This document shows positions 8,325 through 18,774 of a stretch of DNA of 51,975 bases, one piece after another. Each line of letters starts with the position of its first letter. Position 1 is the stretch's first letter. This DNA is from Aeriscardovia sp. (GTDB lineage Bacteria > Actinomycetota > Actinomycetes > Actinomycetales > Bifidobacteriaceae), in the NCBI GenBank assembly GCA_017537945.1, contig JAFYJT010000023.1:1-51975 (forward strand). Direction: 5' to 3'. The notes under the pieces are model-generated. The model was not told the origin of the DNA, did not search any database, and was given only the letters and a program-made list of their open reading frames with translations. A program made the translations under genes and the position numbers.

Positions 8325-10130
8325 ATGAAAAAAGAGAGCGCCTCACCCCTAGTTTACGAGACGTCTCCTGGAGACAACCTGTTTTCCATCCTGCAAAAGC
8401 GCGCTGAAGGTTCGCCTGAGGGCGAGCTTATAAAATACAAAGACAAAACCGGCGGGTGGCAGTCCTTTTCAGCCGGGGAATTTTTGGACCTGGTCAAGCT
8501 CATAGCCAAAGGGCTTATATCCAAGGGGTTCAAAAAAGGGGATGCGATAGCCATTCTCTCTTCGACCCGCTGGGAATGGACGGCTTTTGATTTTGCCGCC
8601 CTGAGCATCGGGATGGTGGTGGTGCCCATCTATCAGACCGATTCCCCCATTCAAATCAAAAGCATCCTAAACGACACCGGGACCAAAATCCTAGTGGCAG
8701 AAGATGAAATTCAGAGGGAAAAAATAGTGGAGGTGGAGGGGGAAGTAGAATCCCTGGAATCCGTATGGCTCATAGACAAAGGGGCCGTAGTCACTTTTTG
8801 CGAATTAGGGAAGGGGGTGGGCGAAGAGGAGTGGGAAAAAATGTCCCGGAACGTAAAAGCGGCCGATCTTGCCACAATAGTATACACTTCGGGCTCCACG
8901 GGGGAACCGAAAGGCGCGGAACTCACCCACGCCATGCTCTGCTGCAACGCGTACAGTATCTGCATGAGCGTGCCCCAAATTTGCTATCAGGATAAGGGTT
9001 GTTACTTGTGCTTCCTGCCTTTGGCCCACATCTTCGCCAGGGCTATGCAGTTTGCCGTAACCGCCTGCTCCCTTTCCCTGGCCCTCGAAGGGGGGGCTAA
9101 GACGCTCCTGGAGGACTTTAGGAAGGTCAACCCCACCCTGATTTTGGGGGTGCCTAGGGTATTTGAAAAAATCTACAACGCCTCCACGCAAAGGGCCGAA
9201 AAGGCGGGGAAGACTCCGATTTTTAAAAAGGCTGTGAAAGCTGCAAAAAATTGGTCCAAGTACCAGCAGAAAAAAAGCCCCATGCCTTCCTTGGTGGAGT
9301 ACAGAAAAAGGTTCTATTCAAAGCTTGTATACAAAAAAATCCTGAGGGCCCTTGGAAACAGGGCAAGCTTTGCGGTTACCGGGGGGGCCCCCATTGATCG
9401 GGGGCTCTCCTCCTTCTTCAACGGCATAGGCCTTCCGCTTTTGGAGGGTTACGGCCTTACCGAAACCTGCCCCTGCGTATTAAACCCCGTGGAGGGCTAT
9501 AAAGTGGGCAGCGCCGGAAAGCCTATAGCCTCATGCAAAATAGCCGTCAGCGACGAAGGGGAGGTTCTGGTGAAAGGCCCCATGGTATTTAGGGGCTACC
9601 ACAACGATCCGGGGCTGACGAAGGAAGTGCTGGACCAGGACGGCTGGTTTCACACAGGCGATCTAGGGCAAATCGACGAAGACGGCTTCCTTTTCATTAC
9701 CGGAAGGAAAAAAGAGCTGATAATCACGGCGGGGGGAAAGAACGTCTATCCTGCCCTCCTTGAGACGGCTATGAAGACCTGCCCCCTCGTGGAAGAATGC
9801 GCGCTCATAGGAGACAAAAAGCCGTTCGTTTCGGCGCTGTTCACTTTAAACCTCGAAGCCGTCAACAAGTTTCTTTCCTCCAAGAACCTCCCTGCGAGCC
9901 AAACCCTGGAAGAGGCATCCCAAAATCCTCTGGTTTATAACTTCATCCTCAGGGCTGTAGACAAAGCCAACGAAAAGGTGTCTAGGGCGGAATCGATAAG
10001 GAAGTTTCTGATTCTTCCTTCCGAATTTAGCGTAGAGAACGGCCTTCTGACCCCTTCGATGAAAATATGCAGGGAGAAGATAGCCAAAAAGTTCAAAAAA
10101 GAGATAGAAGAGCAGATTTACTCGCGTTAA
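8325..10130 (+). CDS. long-chain fatty-acid--CoA ligase (AMP-binding enzyme, FadD15-like)
   Basis: AMP-binding motif YTSGSTGEPKG, plus GYGLTET and TGDLG..DEDGFLFITGRKKELI. Start set to ATG 8325 behind GGGAGG. The ORF is open to 8304. Confidence 0.85.
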   Translation: MKKESASPLVYETSPGDNLFSILQKRAEGSPEGELIKYKDKTGGWQSFSAGEFLDLVKLIAKGLISKGFKKGDAIAILSSTRWEWTAFDFAALSIGMVVVPIYQTDSPIQIKSILNDTGTKILVAEDEIQREKIVEVEGEVESLESVWLIDKGAVVTFCELGKGVGEEEWEKMSRNVKAADLATIVYTSGSTGEPKGAELTHAMLCCNAYSICMSVPQICYQDKGCYLCFLPLAHIFARAMQFAVTACSLSLALEGGAKTLLEDFRKVNPTLILGVPRVFEKIYNASTQRAEKAGKTPIFKKAVKAAKNWSKYQQKKSPMPSLVEYRKRFYSKLVYKKILRALGNRASFAVTGGAPIDRGLSSFFNGIGLPLLEGYGLTETCPCVLNPVEGYKVGSAGKPIASCKIAVSDEGEVLVKGPMVFRGYHNDPGLTKEVLDQDGWFHTGDLGQIDEDGFLFITGRKKELIITAGGKNVYPALLETAMKTCPLVEECALIGDKKPFVSALFTLNLEAVNKFLSSKNLPASQTLEEASQNPLVYNFILRAVDKANEKVSRAESIRKFLILPSEFSVENGLLTPSMKICREKIAKKFKKEIEEQIYSR

Positions 10131-10753
10131 TTTTTCCTGTGCTCCAAAATTTCATCCACGATGCCGTAGTCTTTGGCCTCTTGGGCCGTGAGGATGGTGT
10201 CCAGCTCTATATCCCTTCCAATTTTTTCTTCGCTTTGCCCGGTATGTTTGGCCAGCGTCTTTTCAAGCCACTTGCGCATTCTAAGCATCTCTTTGGCCTG
10301 AATCTCTATTTCGCTGGCCTTCCCAAAGCTTTCTCCCATGGCCGGCTGGTGTATGAGGACCCTGGCATTCGGAAGGATAAGCCTTTTCCCTTTCGCCCCG
10401 GCTGCCAAAATCACGGAAGCCGCGCTTGTAGCCTGTCCAAGGCATACCGTGGACACGTCGGGCTTCACATATTGCATAGTGTCGTAAATCGCGGTCATAG
10501 CCGTCATGGATCCGCCGGGGGAATTTATGTATATGGTGATGTCCCGATCGGGGTCCTGGCTCTCCAAAACCAAGAGCTGCGCCATTATGTCGTCCGCGCT
10601 GGCATCGTCTACCTGCACGCCCATAAAAATTATTCTCTCTTCAAAGAGCCTCGAATAAGGATCGACCCTTTTTACCCCGTAAGGGGTCCTCTCCTCGAAT
10701 TCGGGAAGTATGTAGCGGTCTTGAAAGCTCTCAAAACCTATAGGATTCCTCAT
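10127..10753 (-). CDS. clpP: ATP-dependent Clp protease proteolytic subunit (second copy)
   Basis: ClpP fold with catalytic-Ser context CLGQATSAA and His context IHQP. ATGA overlap with the upstream clpP copy. Confidence 0.95.
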   Translation of the reverse strand: MRNPIGFESFQDRYILPEFEERTPYGVKRVDPYSRLFEERIIFMGVQVDDASADDIMAQLLVLESQDPDRDITIYINSPGGSMTAMTAIYDTMQYVKPDVSTVCLGQATSAASVILAAGAKGKRLILPNARVLIHQPAMGESFGKASEIEIQAKEMLRMRKWLEKTLAKHTGQSEEKIGRDIELDTILTAQEAKDYGIVDEILEHRKN

Positions 10754-11346
10754 GCTTCGGCCTCCAAATTATTTGGGGAAGAGATTATATGGTCCACAAA
10801 CCCGTAATCTAGGGCCTGCTTGGCCGTAAACCAGTGGTCGTAGGCATTATCCTCATAGATTTGCTTCACGCTCTTGCCTGTCTGCTTGGCGGTGATTTCC
10901 GACAGGGTCCTCTTCATATCCATGATCAGCTCCGCATTTACGCGCACATCGGTCTCGGTGCCCCCGATCCCCCCCGCCGGCTGGTGCATGAGGACCCTGG
11001 CATGCGAAGTAATGTACCTCTTGCCTTTTGCCCCGCTGGAAAGCAGGAACTGCCCCATGGAGGCCGCCATGCCTACGGCGACAGTGGCCACATCTGGGGC
11101 TATAAGCTGCATAGTGTCGTATATCGCCATCCCGGCTGTGATGGAGCCCCCGGGGGAATTGATATAGAGCCAGATGTCCTGCTTGGGATTTTGATGGGCG
11201 AGCATGAGCATTTCCGCGCAAATGACGTTGGCATTCTCGTCCTTCACTTCCCCTGCCAGCCATATAATCCTATTTTTGAGAAGCTGCCTAAATATAGGAT
11301 GGCTTCCGGGGAGCATCTCTTCATCGCTCTCGTTCAGCTGTGACAA
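10750..11346 (-). CDS. clpP: ATP-dependent Clp protease proteolytic subunit (first copy)
   Basis: ClpP fold ([15 protein letters not shown]). TTG start 6 nt after AGGAG, only 8 nt after the tig stop. Confidence 0.95.
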   Translation of the reverse strand: MSQLNESDEEMLPGSHPIFRQLLKNRIIWLAGEVKDENANVICAEMLMLAHQNPKQDIWLYINSPGGSITAGMAIYDTMQLIAPDVATVAVGMAASMGQFLLSSGAKGKRYITSHARVLMHQPAGGIGGTETDVRVNAELIMDMKRTLSEITAKQTGKSVKQIYEDNAYDHWFTAKQALDYGFVDHIISSPNNLEAEA

Positions 11347-11354
11347 AGTCTCTC

Positions 11355-12782
11355 CTATTTGCCCGATTTTGCTGTGCCCTTTTTAGCCTTGGAAGGGCGG
11401 GGGGAGGAAGAAGCCTGGCGCCCCGCTTCATCGGCCTGTTTGGCCGCCAAAGAGGCGGCCGCCATAGAGCGAGCCTCCCCGGTGGCCTGCTTCTCTTTCT
11501 CCTCCTCCTCTTCGTCCCCCAGGAAGCTTGAAAGATCTACTTTTCCGCCTTTTTCATCCACAAAGTCTGCCTTCTTCATGCCCTCTACCATGGCCTTCTG
11601 GTGGCGGGCCGTGCTTATAGTCTCTTCAAGCTGCCCATTCTTAATTACCATGTTTACAAACTCTGCAAGGGGGATGTTGAACTGCTGGGCCGTAATGCCC
11701 AGGAAGCGGGTAATGTCCCCCTCGGTAATTTCGGTGCCTAGATCGTCTGCAAGCTGATCGAGCACGATCTGCTCCTTCATGGCCTTTTCAAGTTCGGAAG
11801 TGATTTCAGCCTTTTGCGCCTTTGTCGCATCCTTTCCGAGCTTTGCAATCTGCTCTCCGGCCAGCTCCTTAATCATGTCTTTAGGGAGGGGAATGTCCAC
11901 GCCTTCCAAGTAATTTATAAAGGCTTCCTTGGCCGCATTCGCTTCTTCCGCCTTCCTTCTGGCGCCAATCTGTTTTTCGATGGCAGCCCTGAGCTCGGCT
12001 ACGGTGTCGAATTCGGAAGCCTCTTTTGCAAACTCATCGTCAAGCTTGGGCAATTCCTCCCTCTTGACGTCGTTTACTTTTACTTCCGCCCTGAGCTCCT
12101 TGCCTTTGTTCTCCCCGGACTTGGGGGTAAAAGTGAAAGTGGCTTCCTCGCCTTTCCTCATTCCCCTCAGGGTCTTATCGAGGCCGGGAAGCTCGGAAGA
12201 TCCTACCCTGTAGCTCATTTCCCGTTTCGACTCTATCTCTTTTTCTCCGTCAAATACCCTGAGATCCATATCAAGGTAGTTATCCGTCTTTATAAGCGCG
12301 GAAGTCTCCACGAGGGTGGAATAGTTGTGCCTGAGCTTGGTCAGCGCCTCATCTACCTGCTTTTCCTCGTCTTTTTCAGGCATCTCCACCTTTATCTGGA
12401 CCCCTTCGATCTTGGGAAGATCTATATCCGGCCTCACTACCACTTCCGCATCGAAAGCAAGATCTTCTCCAGGCTTGGAGGGAAGGTCCTTTATTGAAAT
12501 TTTTGGGGCGTCTATGGGGCGAATTTCGTCCTTGTGCTCCTGGAGGGCCTTTTGGTAGAAATTCTTAACGATTCCGTCCAAAGCCCTGTCCAAAATGTAT
12601 CCGTAGCCAACTTTGGCATCAATCAACTTTGCCGGAACGTGCCCCTTCCTGAATCCGGGGATGGAGATCCTGTGCGCAATTACGTCGCGCTCCTTATTTA
12701 TAAAGGGAGCCAGATCCTCCCCCGAAACAGTTATGTCTAACTGGACTTTCGTAGGATCCAGCCGATTGATGGTAACTTTCAC
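11355..12782 (-). CDS. tig: trigger factor
   Basis: N-terminal ribosome-binding motif GFRKGHVP, a PPIase-like middle and the usual C-terminal domain, plus an acidic/basic tail. Start set to GTG 12782 behind GGAG. The ORF is open to TTG 12821. Confidence 0.93.
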   Translation of the reverse strand: MKVTINRLDPTKVQLDITVSGEDLAPFINKERDVIAHRISIPGFRKGHVPAKLIDAKVGYGYILDRALDGIVKNFYQKALQEHKDEIRPIDAPKISIKDLPSKPGEDLAFDAEVVVRPDIDLPKIEGVQIKVEMPEKDEEKQVDEALTKLRHNYSTLVETSALIKTDNYLDMDLRVFDGEKEIESKREMSYRVGSSELPGLDKTLRGMRKGEEATFTFTPKSGENKGKELRAEVKVNDVKREELPKLDDEFAKEASEFDTVAELRAAIEKQIGARRKAEEANAAKEAFINYLEGVDIPLPKDMIKELAGEQIAKLGKDATKAQKAEITSELEKAMKEQIVLDQLADDLGTEITEGDITRFLGITAQQFNIPLAEFVNMVIKNGQLEETISTARHQKAMVEGMKKADFVDEKGGKVDLSSFLGDEEEEEKEKQATGEARSMAAASLAAKQADEAGRQASSSPRPSKAKKGTAKSGK

Positions 12783-12826
12783 TGTCAGCTCCGTTTTCTT
12801 TTGTTTTTGGCAACAAGTCAAAGCAA

Positions 12827-14092
12827 TTATAAATTACTGGCTTCTATAACTTTAACTATTACGCTCAACCTCCAGTCGTTGACCCCTTCGGACCTAAGGA
12901 ACTTTTCAAAATCCCCCCCGGCAGGCTCCATCCAAAAATACTCCCTTAGCAGCCTAGGGCTTATCAAAAATACGGGCGCTATATCCAAAGAGCGGGCAGC
13001 CTTCCTTACGGCCTGCATGGCCCTTTCCAGGCGCTTCAGCCTTTCCGGATGCCTTTTTTCCCAAATTTTCATTGAGTTTGGAACGGAGGCGCCATGTTTG
13101 TGAGGGGGGGCGGTAGGCATGGGGAGGCTGGAGGGTTCTAGCCCCATGGCCCTTTCTACGGCTTCCTTCCAAATTTTCGGCTTTATATGGCGCTGGAAAG
13201 GGATATAGCGGTCAAAAAGGGCGTCCAATTCGCAGGTCCTTTCTATTTTTACCCTTTCTTCCGCCCCCGTCTCGCGAAATTCCCGCTCATTTTTAGGTTT
13301 TTTTAGGGCCAGCGCGATTATGGTCTCGTCCTTTATGACCAGTCCGGGCGCCAGATCAAGCTCTTTGGCCACCCTGTCCCTGGCTTCCCAAAGTTCTTTG
13401 ACGATCGCAAGGCCCCTCCTATCGGGGCCTAAGGCATTGATATTGGCCACCCCCCTCCAGGGATCGGGCCTTTCTCTGCCTTCAACGCCCCTTTGAAGGA
13501 TGGTGGAAAATTCGTCCTCGGCCCATTTGCGCATTCCCTTTTCGCGAAGCGCCCTTTCCTGGAGTTCTTCTATATCAAGCAAAAACTCCACATCCAGGGC
13601 CGCGTAGTTCCTCCAAGGCCTCGGAAGGGGACGGAGGGACCAGTCGGCGGTGGCAAACTCCTTCTCCAGCGACACCCCCAAAAAGGCTTCGGTGCACCTT
13701 GACAGCCCCATGCGCTCCATGCCCAAGAACAGGCAGGCGACCTGGGTGTCGAAAATGGCGGGGGGCACGATTCCCATCTGGCGGAAAGCTGGAATGTCTT
13801 GTATCGAATCGTGGAGCACCCAGCGGGGGGCCAGGGCCGAAAGCCGGGACAGATCGGCTCCTAAGGAAAGAAGCGCGGGGGCGTCGAAAAGGAAGATGGG
13901 CGTCCCCCTCTTTTTCATCTGCACAATGTAATTGGCGTGCGAGTACCTGTACATTGCCGCCCTCTCGGCATCTACTGCCACAGGCCCCGGAGCCTCCTTG
14001 AGAGTTGAAAGCGCTTCTTCAAAGCTTGGAAGGGAGTCGACGAGGGGAGGGATTCCGCCAGACGGCTCCTTGACTAAGCGAAACGGCGCCAT
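12827..14092 (-). CDS. rnd: ribonuclease D-like 3'-5' exonuclease with HRDC domain
   Basis: DEDD exonuclease motif VAVDAERA...Y and later HDS..D. The C-terminal half is HRDC-like. Confidence 0.8.
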   Translation of the reverse strand: MAPFRLVKEPSGGIPPLVDSLPSFEEALSTLKEAPGPVAVDAERAAMYRYSHANYIVQMKKRGTPIFLFDAPALLSLGADLSRLSALAPRWVLHDSIQDIPAFRQMGIVPPAIFDTQVACLFLGMERMGLSRCTEAFLGVSLEKEFATADWSLRPLPRPWRNYAALDVEFLLDIEELQERALREKGMRKWAEDEFSTILQRGVEGRERPDPWRGVANINALGPDRRGLAIVKELWEARDRVAKELDLAPGLVIKDETIIALALKKPKNEREFRETGAEERVKIERTCELDALFDRYIPFQRHIKPKIWKEAVERAMGLEPSSLPMPTAPPHKHGASVPNSMKIWEKRHPERLKRLERAMQAVRKAARSLDIAPVFLISPRLLREYFWMEPAGGDFEKFLRSEGVNDWRLSVIVKVIEASNL

Positions 14093-14095
14093 AAT

Positions 14096-14389
14096 TTAGA
14101 AAATTGCGGAGGGCGCATCCTCTTCGCCCCTGGGATCGCGCTTTATTTTCGCCCTCTCCCTTTCCGTGCCAAGGTTTGAAAGGGAGTCGGCCCCCCTTTC
14201 TCCGTCCCAAGAGCGGTTTTCTTCGTCCCACTTGGCATTGTCCCGGGCGGCCTTTTCGAGCGCGTCCTGAGCCTCTTCTTCGCTGTCGTACGGGCCCATC
14301 ACGTCGAACAGGCTGGAAATCCGGCCGTGCTCCACCTTGCCGGTTTTGGTGTTAAAGTACCACTTTTTCTCTTCTCCAGGCCACGTCAT
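14096..14389 (-). CDS. small conserved hypothetical protein (97 aa)
   Basis: Strong GAGGAGGAAGT-ATG start. The N-terminal KWYFNTKTGKVEHG...GPYDSEEEAQDAL pattern resembles a small actinobacterial protein often found next to nadE (from memory, unverified). Confidence 0.7.
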   Translation of the reverse strand: MTWPGEEKKWYFNTKTGKVEHGRISSLFDVMGPYDSEEEAQDALEKAARDNAKWDEENRSWDGERGADSLSNLGTERERAKIKRDPRGEEDAPSAIF

Positions 14390-14412
14390 ACTTCCTCCTC
14401 ACAGCCTTAGTT

Positions 14413-16089
14413 TCACTCAAAGAAGTGCTGGGTGACTGGAATCTGCCTGTCGTGCCTGAGCGCGCGCAGGGAGACTTTCGGTCCCATCGGGCACTGCCTC
14501 CTCTTCCATTCGGCTTTGTCCACAAGGCCTATCACTTTGTCGACTTCGGCCCTGTCAAAGCCGGCGGCCAGCATTTCGGCCCTTCCCTGGTTCTCTTCTA
14601 TGTACGCATAAAGGATTGAATCCAATACCTGGTAGGGAGGGAGGGAGTCGGTATCCTTCTGCCCCGGATGGAGCTCGGCGCTTGGGGCTTTGGCAAGCAT
14701 CGACTTTCCAATGCATCCTCCCTGGGCGTTCTTGAGTGCCGCAAGCTTGTAGATTCTGCTTTTATAAATATCGCAAATCGGGCTGTAGGCGCCTACGGAG
14801 TCCCCATACATAGTGAAGTAACCCGTAGCCATTTCGGACTTGTTGGCGCAGTTGATCACCAGCCCCCCGTACTGGTTGGAGTAGGACATAAGTATCATGC
14901 CCCGAATTCTGGAATGGAGGTTCTCTTCGGCCCCTCCCTCCAGTTCAAGCGTATCGAAAGCGGAAATAAAGCCGGAAATGGGAATCTCTTTAAATTTGCA
15001 GCCCAATTCCTTTGCAAACTCTCTGGCGTCTTGGGCGGACTGGGGGGAAGTGGAAGAAGAAGGCATAAAAATGCAGGTGAGGTTGTCCTTGCCTAAAGCG
15101 TCTGCGGCGATCTCAGCGCAGAAGGCCGAATCTATCCCGCCGCTCAGGCCCACTACCGCCTTGTCGAACCCGTTCTTAAGGGCGTAGTCCTTGAGGCCTA
15201 AAACGGAATTGGCGTAAACCTGCTCGTCCAGGCTTCCCAGCTTCCTGCATACGTTCACATTTTCTTCTTCTGGAGCGCCTTCTAAGGCGGGGGAGAGCCC
15301 CAGATCCCAAAAAACAAGATCTTCGGCAAACTGTCGGGCCTGAGCCAGGAGCTTGCCATTTTCGGCCATTACAAAGCTTCCCCCGTCGAAAACCAGATCG
15401 TCCTGCCCCCCCACCTGGTTCACATACATCACCGAGCATCCCAGCTTGCCCCCCTTTTCTGCGGCAAGATCGTAACGGGTCTTCATCTTCCCTTCGTTGT
15501 AGGGGCTGCCGTTTATGGAAACAAGAAGATCGATTCCGGCCCCCTTCAACTCTCCTACGGTCCCGCCTTCCCTCCAAATGTCCTCGCAAATGGCGACGCC
15601 AAGCTTCCTGCCCAAAATTTCTATGGTCAGGGCCTTGTTGCCGGGGGCAAAAAGGCGCAGTTCGTCAAAAACCCCGTAGGTGGGGAGGAAGTGCTTGTCG
15701 TAAGTGTCTAAAATCTCCCCGTCATGGAGCATGAGGAGGCGGTTGTGATCGGTGGCGTACCAAATCTTTCCCTTTTGGGCTTCAGGCGAGCCTAATCCCA
15801 GGGAGCCCAAAAAAACGTAGAGGCCCCCCAGGCCGTTGTCTTTAAGGGCCGCCGCCAGCTGGCGGCCGGCATCCGAAGCCTGGTAGCGGAAGGAATTTTT
15901 GAAAACCAAATCGTCTGTCGGATAGCCCGTCAAAGTCATTTCGGGAAACACGACTATATCGGCCTTCTGGGCCTTCGCCTTTTGGCAGGCCTTTACCACC
16001 TTTTCGCAGTTTCCCGCTATGTCCCCGACGAAGGTGTCTATCTGTGCCATTGCAAAACGTATTGGGCGATTTTCTGCAGCCATACCCAT
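14413..16089 (-). CDS. nadE: glutamine-dependent NAD+ synthetase
   Basis: N-terminal CN-hydrolase domain (FPEMTLTGYP, ICEDIW) fused to an NAD synthetase domain with the PP-loop GLSGGIDS. Confidence 0.95.
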   Translation of the reverse strand: MGMAAENRPIRFAMAQIDTFVGDIAGNCEKVVKACQKAKAQKADIVVFPEMTLTGYPTDDLVFKNSFRYQASDAGRQLAAALKDNGLGGLYVFLGSLGLGSPEAQKGKIWYATDHNRLLMLHDGEILDTYDKHFLPTYGVFDELRLFAPGNKALTIEILGRKLGVAICEDIWREGGTVGELKGAGIDLLVSINGSPYNEGKMKTRYDLAAEKGGKLGCSVMYVNQVGGQDDLVFDGGSFVMAENGKLLAQARQFAEDLVFWDLGLSPALEGAPEEENVNVCRKLGSLDEQVYANSVLGLKDYALKNGFDKAVVGLSGGIDSAFCAEIAADALGKDNLTCIFMPSSSTSPQSAQDAREFAKELGCKFKEIPISGFISAFDTLELEGGAEENLHSRIRGMILMSYSNQYGGLVINCANKSEMATGYFTMYGDSVGAYSPICDIYKSRIYKLAALKNAQGGCIGKSMLAKAPSAELHPGQKDTDSLPPYQVLDSILYAYIEENQGRAEMLAAGFDRAEVDKVIGLVDKAEWKRRQCPMGPKVSLRALRHDRQIPVTQHFFE

Positions 16090-16188
16090 CTTCTTTCTAA
16101 ACAGGCAGATGCGCCCCGGGGCTGGAAGGCAGCAAAAACCTCCCCCCGGGCGCGGCTCTGCCCAGTGTACAACAAAAAAGGGCTGCGA

Positions 16189-18774
16189 TTAATTTCCCAG
16201 CGCTTCAAAGGGGGCGAAAGAGTAGTCTTTAAACACGGCTTGCCCTTCAGCGAGGGACGAAGCGCAGTCCAAGTCGGCGCAGATTGACCAATCCATATCC
16301 CCTTCGCTGTCCTTTATTATCTGCCTGCAATGCCAGAATCCTTCAAGGGAGGCGGTAGGCTCTATCAAAAAGTATTTCCCGCTCCTGGCGTCTTGGGAGA
16401 TGTCCACGGCTTCGTGCTGGGAATAAAATTCCTCTAGCGCCTCATCCCAGGCCCTTACCCCCATGCCCCAGCGCGAATCCATATCCCCCAGCTCTTCGAA
16501 CTTATCCGAGGCTATAAGCTCCACGCGTCTGAAGAGGGCGTTTCTTGCCATAAGGACCAGCCCTTTTCTTTGCGTCATCCAGTCCTCGGGATCCTCCCTT
16601 TCGCTTTCTTCACCCCCGGCGGCCATGCTTCCTTCTTTGGCCCATTCGTCCAGGAGGCTGGAATCTACGGCGTCTATCAAAAGTCCGAGCCAGGATGCGA
16701 TCTCGGCCAGGTGGGGGGTATAACACTCGTAGGGGATTGTATGGACCAGGACTTTCCATGCGTCTGAAAGGTAGCGGAGCAGGATGCCCTCCACCCTGGA
16801 TATGGAGTAGCGCGAGACGTACTCATTGAAATTGGAGCAAGTTTCGATCATGTCCCTGAGAATGGATTTGGGGCTCAGCACGTAATCGCGCGCCCAGGGC
16901 ATCTCCTTTTTGTAGTCTTCAAAACTTTCTTCCAGCCCCTTTTCCAGCGGCTTTGGGTAAGTTACTTCCTGCAGCCTCTCCATCCTCTCTTCCCATTCCA
17001 CCCCTTCGGCCTTCATCTCCCCTATGGCTTCATCCCTGGCCCTTTTTTCCTGCGCTCTGAGGATCGCGTCAGGATCCTCCAAAATCGACTCCACGACTGA
17101 AATCAAATCCAATTCGTAGGTGGGAGAATCGCGGTTCAGGAGGGGGAGGGCCGAAAAGAGGAAGGGGGAGAGGGGCTCGTTGAGCGCGAAATTGTCCGGC
17201 ACGTCGATAGTGGTCGAATAGGATCCGTCGTTTGAAAGCACTATGACGCCGCTTTCTATCAGCGCTGAAAAGATTTCATCGCTTTGCAGCAGGAGCCTGC
17301 TTTTTTGGAGCTCTGTTTGCGCCGATGACTCAATAAGCCCCGCCAGCCTGTCTTTGGCTTTTCCGCCCTGCACCACTTCGGCCAGGACCATCGAATGGCT
17401 GACTTTCAAATGGGGGATGAGGGTTTCGCTTGGGGAGGAAACCAGCTTTTCAAAAGTGCTTTTATCCCAGCTGGGGCCTTGCGTCGGGGCCGGCTTCCTC
17501 TTCCTCTTACCCCCTTTTTCCTTCCCTTCTTTGGCCTCTATCTCTTCCGGAGGGGCCTGGCACACCACCAGCCCCTCTTTGTCAAAGCCGCTGCGCCCGG
17601 CCCTGCCGGCTATTTGGCGGAACTCCCTGACTTTGAGCCTCCGATCTTTAACGCCGTCCCATTTGGCCAGGGAAGTGAAAACTACGGTATGGATGGGGAC
17701 GTTGATGCCGACCCCCAAGGTGTCGGTGCCGCAAATCAGGGGGAGTTTCCCGCTTTGGGCCAGCTGTTCTATGAGGCGCCTGTAACGTGGGAGCATTCCG
17801 GCATGGTGCACGCCTATTCCGGCCGAAAGCAGGCGCTTTAGGGTCTTGCCAAAGGAAGTGGTGAATTTGAAGCCCTTTATGGCTTCCTTCACTTTTTCCC
17901 TGCGTTCCTTTGAAACTATTCCAAAATTTGCCAGGGATTCTGCATCTTTGAGCGCGGCTTCCTGGGAAGTGTGGACGATGTAGGCCGGATCGAGGCTCTT
18001 GGAAACGAGCTCCAGGGCAATCTGCTGTATCGGCTCGGCCTCGTACTCGTATTCGAGGGGGACTGGGCGCGGGGCGTCGGATATATATTCGACCTTTCTG
18101 GAAGTGGTGCGGCGCAAAGTGGAAATTATGGAGGAAGGGTCCCCCAAAGTGGCGCTCATGAGGAGGAACTGGGCTTCGGGCATGTCCAGCAAGGGAACTT
18201 GCCACGCCCATCCCCTCTGGCTGTCGCCGTAATAATGGGCCTCGTCCATTATTACGCAGCACTCCCCGCCAGCCTGGGCCCTAAGCGACTGGTTGGCCAG
18301 GATCTCCGCCGTGCAGAAAATGATGGGGGCGGCGGGGTCTATGGAGGTGTCGCCCGTAAGCATCCCTACAAAGCCTTTTCCAAAGATTGAAAGCCCCTCG
18401 AAAAATTTTTCGTTCACCAGCGCCTTTATGGGGGCCGTGTAATAGACTTTCCTTCCCTGGCAGAGGGCCTGGAACATAAATCCGTAGGCCACGAGGGATT
18501 TTCCCGAGCCCGTGGGGGTGGCCAAAAGAAGGTGGGAGTCGGAGAGGAGGGCTATAAGCGCCCCCTCCTGGTGCCCCCAGGGGGTTTTGCCCCCCATTTT
18601 CACCCACTCCAGGTACCGGCCGAAAATCTCCTCCTCGCTGAATCTTTCCCCCTTTAAAGGCAGAAAATAGGAGAGCTTTTCAGGTTCACTGCTCGTAATC
18701 CACCCCGGCTTCCTTCCTTTGAAGGGCGGTAATGGAGGAGGGCGCGCTGGTAAGCAAATCCTTTCCGGCCCCAA
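16189..18774 (-). CDS. DEAD/DEAH-box helicase with DUF3516-like C-terminal region
   Basis: Walker [14 protein letters not shown] box MDEAHY, SAT motif, and HHAGMLP / GRAGRSG in helicase domain 2. The start is uncertain: TTG 18774 lies 89 nt inside aspS and has no SD (see findings). Confidence 0.85.
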   Translation of the reverse strand: MGPERICLPARPPPLPPFKGRKPGWITSSEPEKLSYFLPLKGERFSEEEIFGRYLEWVKMGGKTPWGHQEGALIALLSDSHLLLATPTGSGKSLVAYGFMFQALCQGRKVYYTAPIKALVNEKFFEGLSIFGKGFVGMLTGDTSIDPAAPIIFCTAEILANQSLRAQAGGECCVIMDEAHYYGDSQRGWAWQVPLLDMPEAQFLLMSATLGDPSSIISTLRRTTSRKVEYISDAPRPVPLEYEYEAEPIQQIALELVSKSLDPAYIVHTSQEAALKDAESLANFGIVSKERREKVKEAIKGFKFTTSFGKTLKRLLSAGIGVHHAGMLPRYRRLIEQLAQSGKLPLICGTDTLGVGINVPIHTVVFTSLAKWDGVKDRRLKVREFRQIAGRAGRSGFDKEGLVVCQAPPEEIEAKEGKEKGGKRKRKPAPTQGPSWDKSTFEKLVSSPSETLIPHLKVSHSMVLAEVVQGGKAKDRLAGLIESSAQTELQKSRLLLQSDEIFSALIESGVIVLSNDGSYSTTIDVPDNFALNEPLSPFLFSALPLLNRDSPTYELDLISVVESILEDPDAILRAQEKRARDEAIGEMKAEGVEWEERMERLQEVTYPKPLEKGLEESFEDYKKEMPWARDYVLSPKSILRDMIETCSNFNEYVSRYSISRVEGILLRYLSDAWKVLVHTIPYECYTPHLAEIASWLGLLIDAVDSSLLDEWAKEGSMAAGGEESEREDPEDWMTQRKGLVLMARNALFRRVELIASDKFEELGDMDSRWGMGVRAWDEALEEFYSQHEAVDISQDARSGKYFLIEPTASLEGFWHCRQIIKDSEGDMDWSICADLDCASSLAEGQAVFKDYSFAPFEALGN

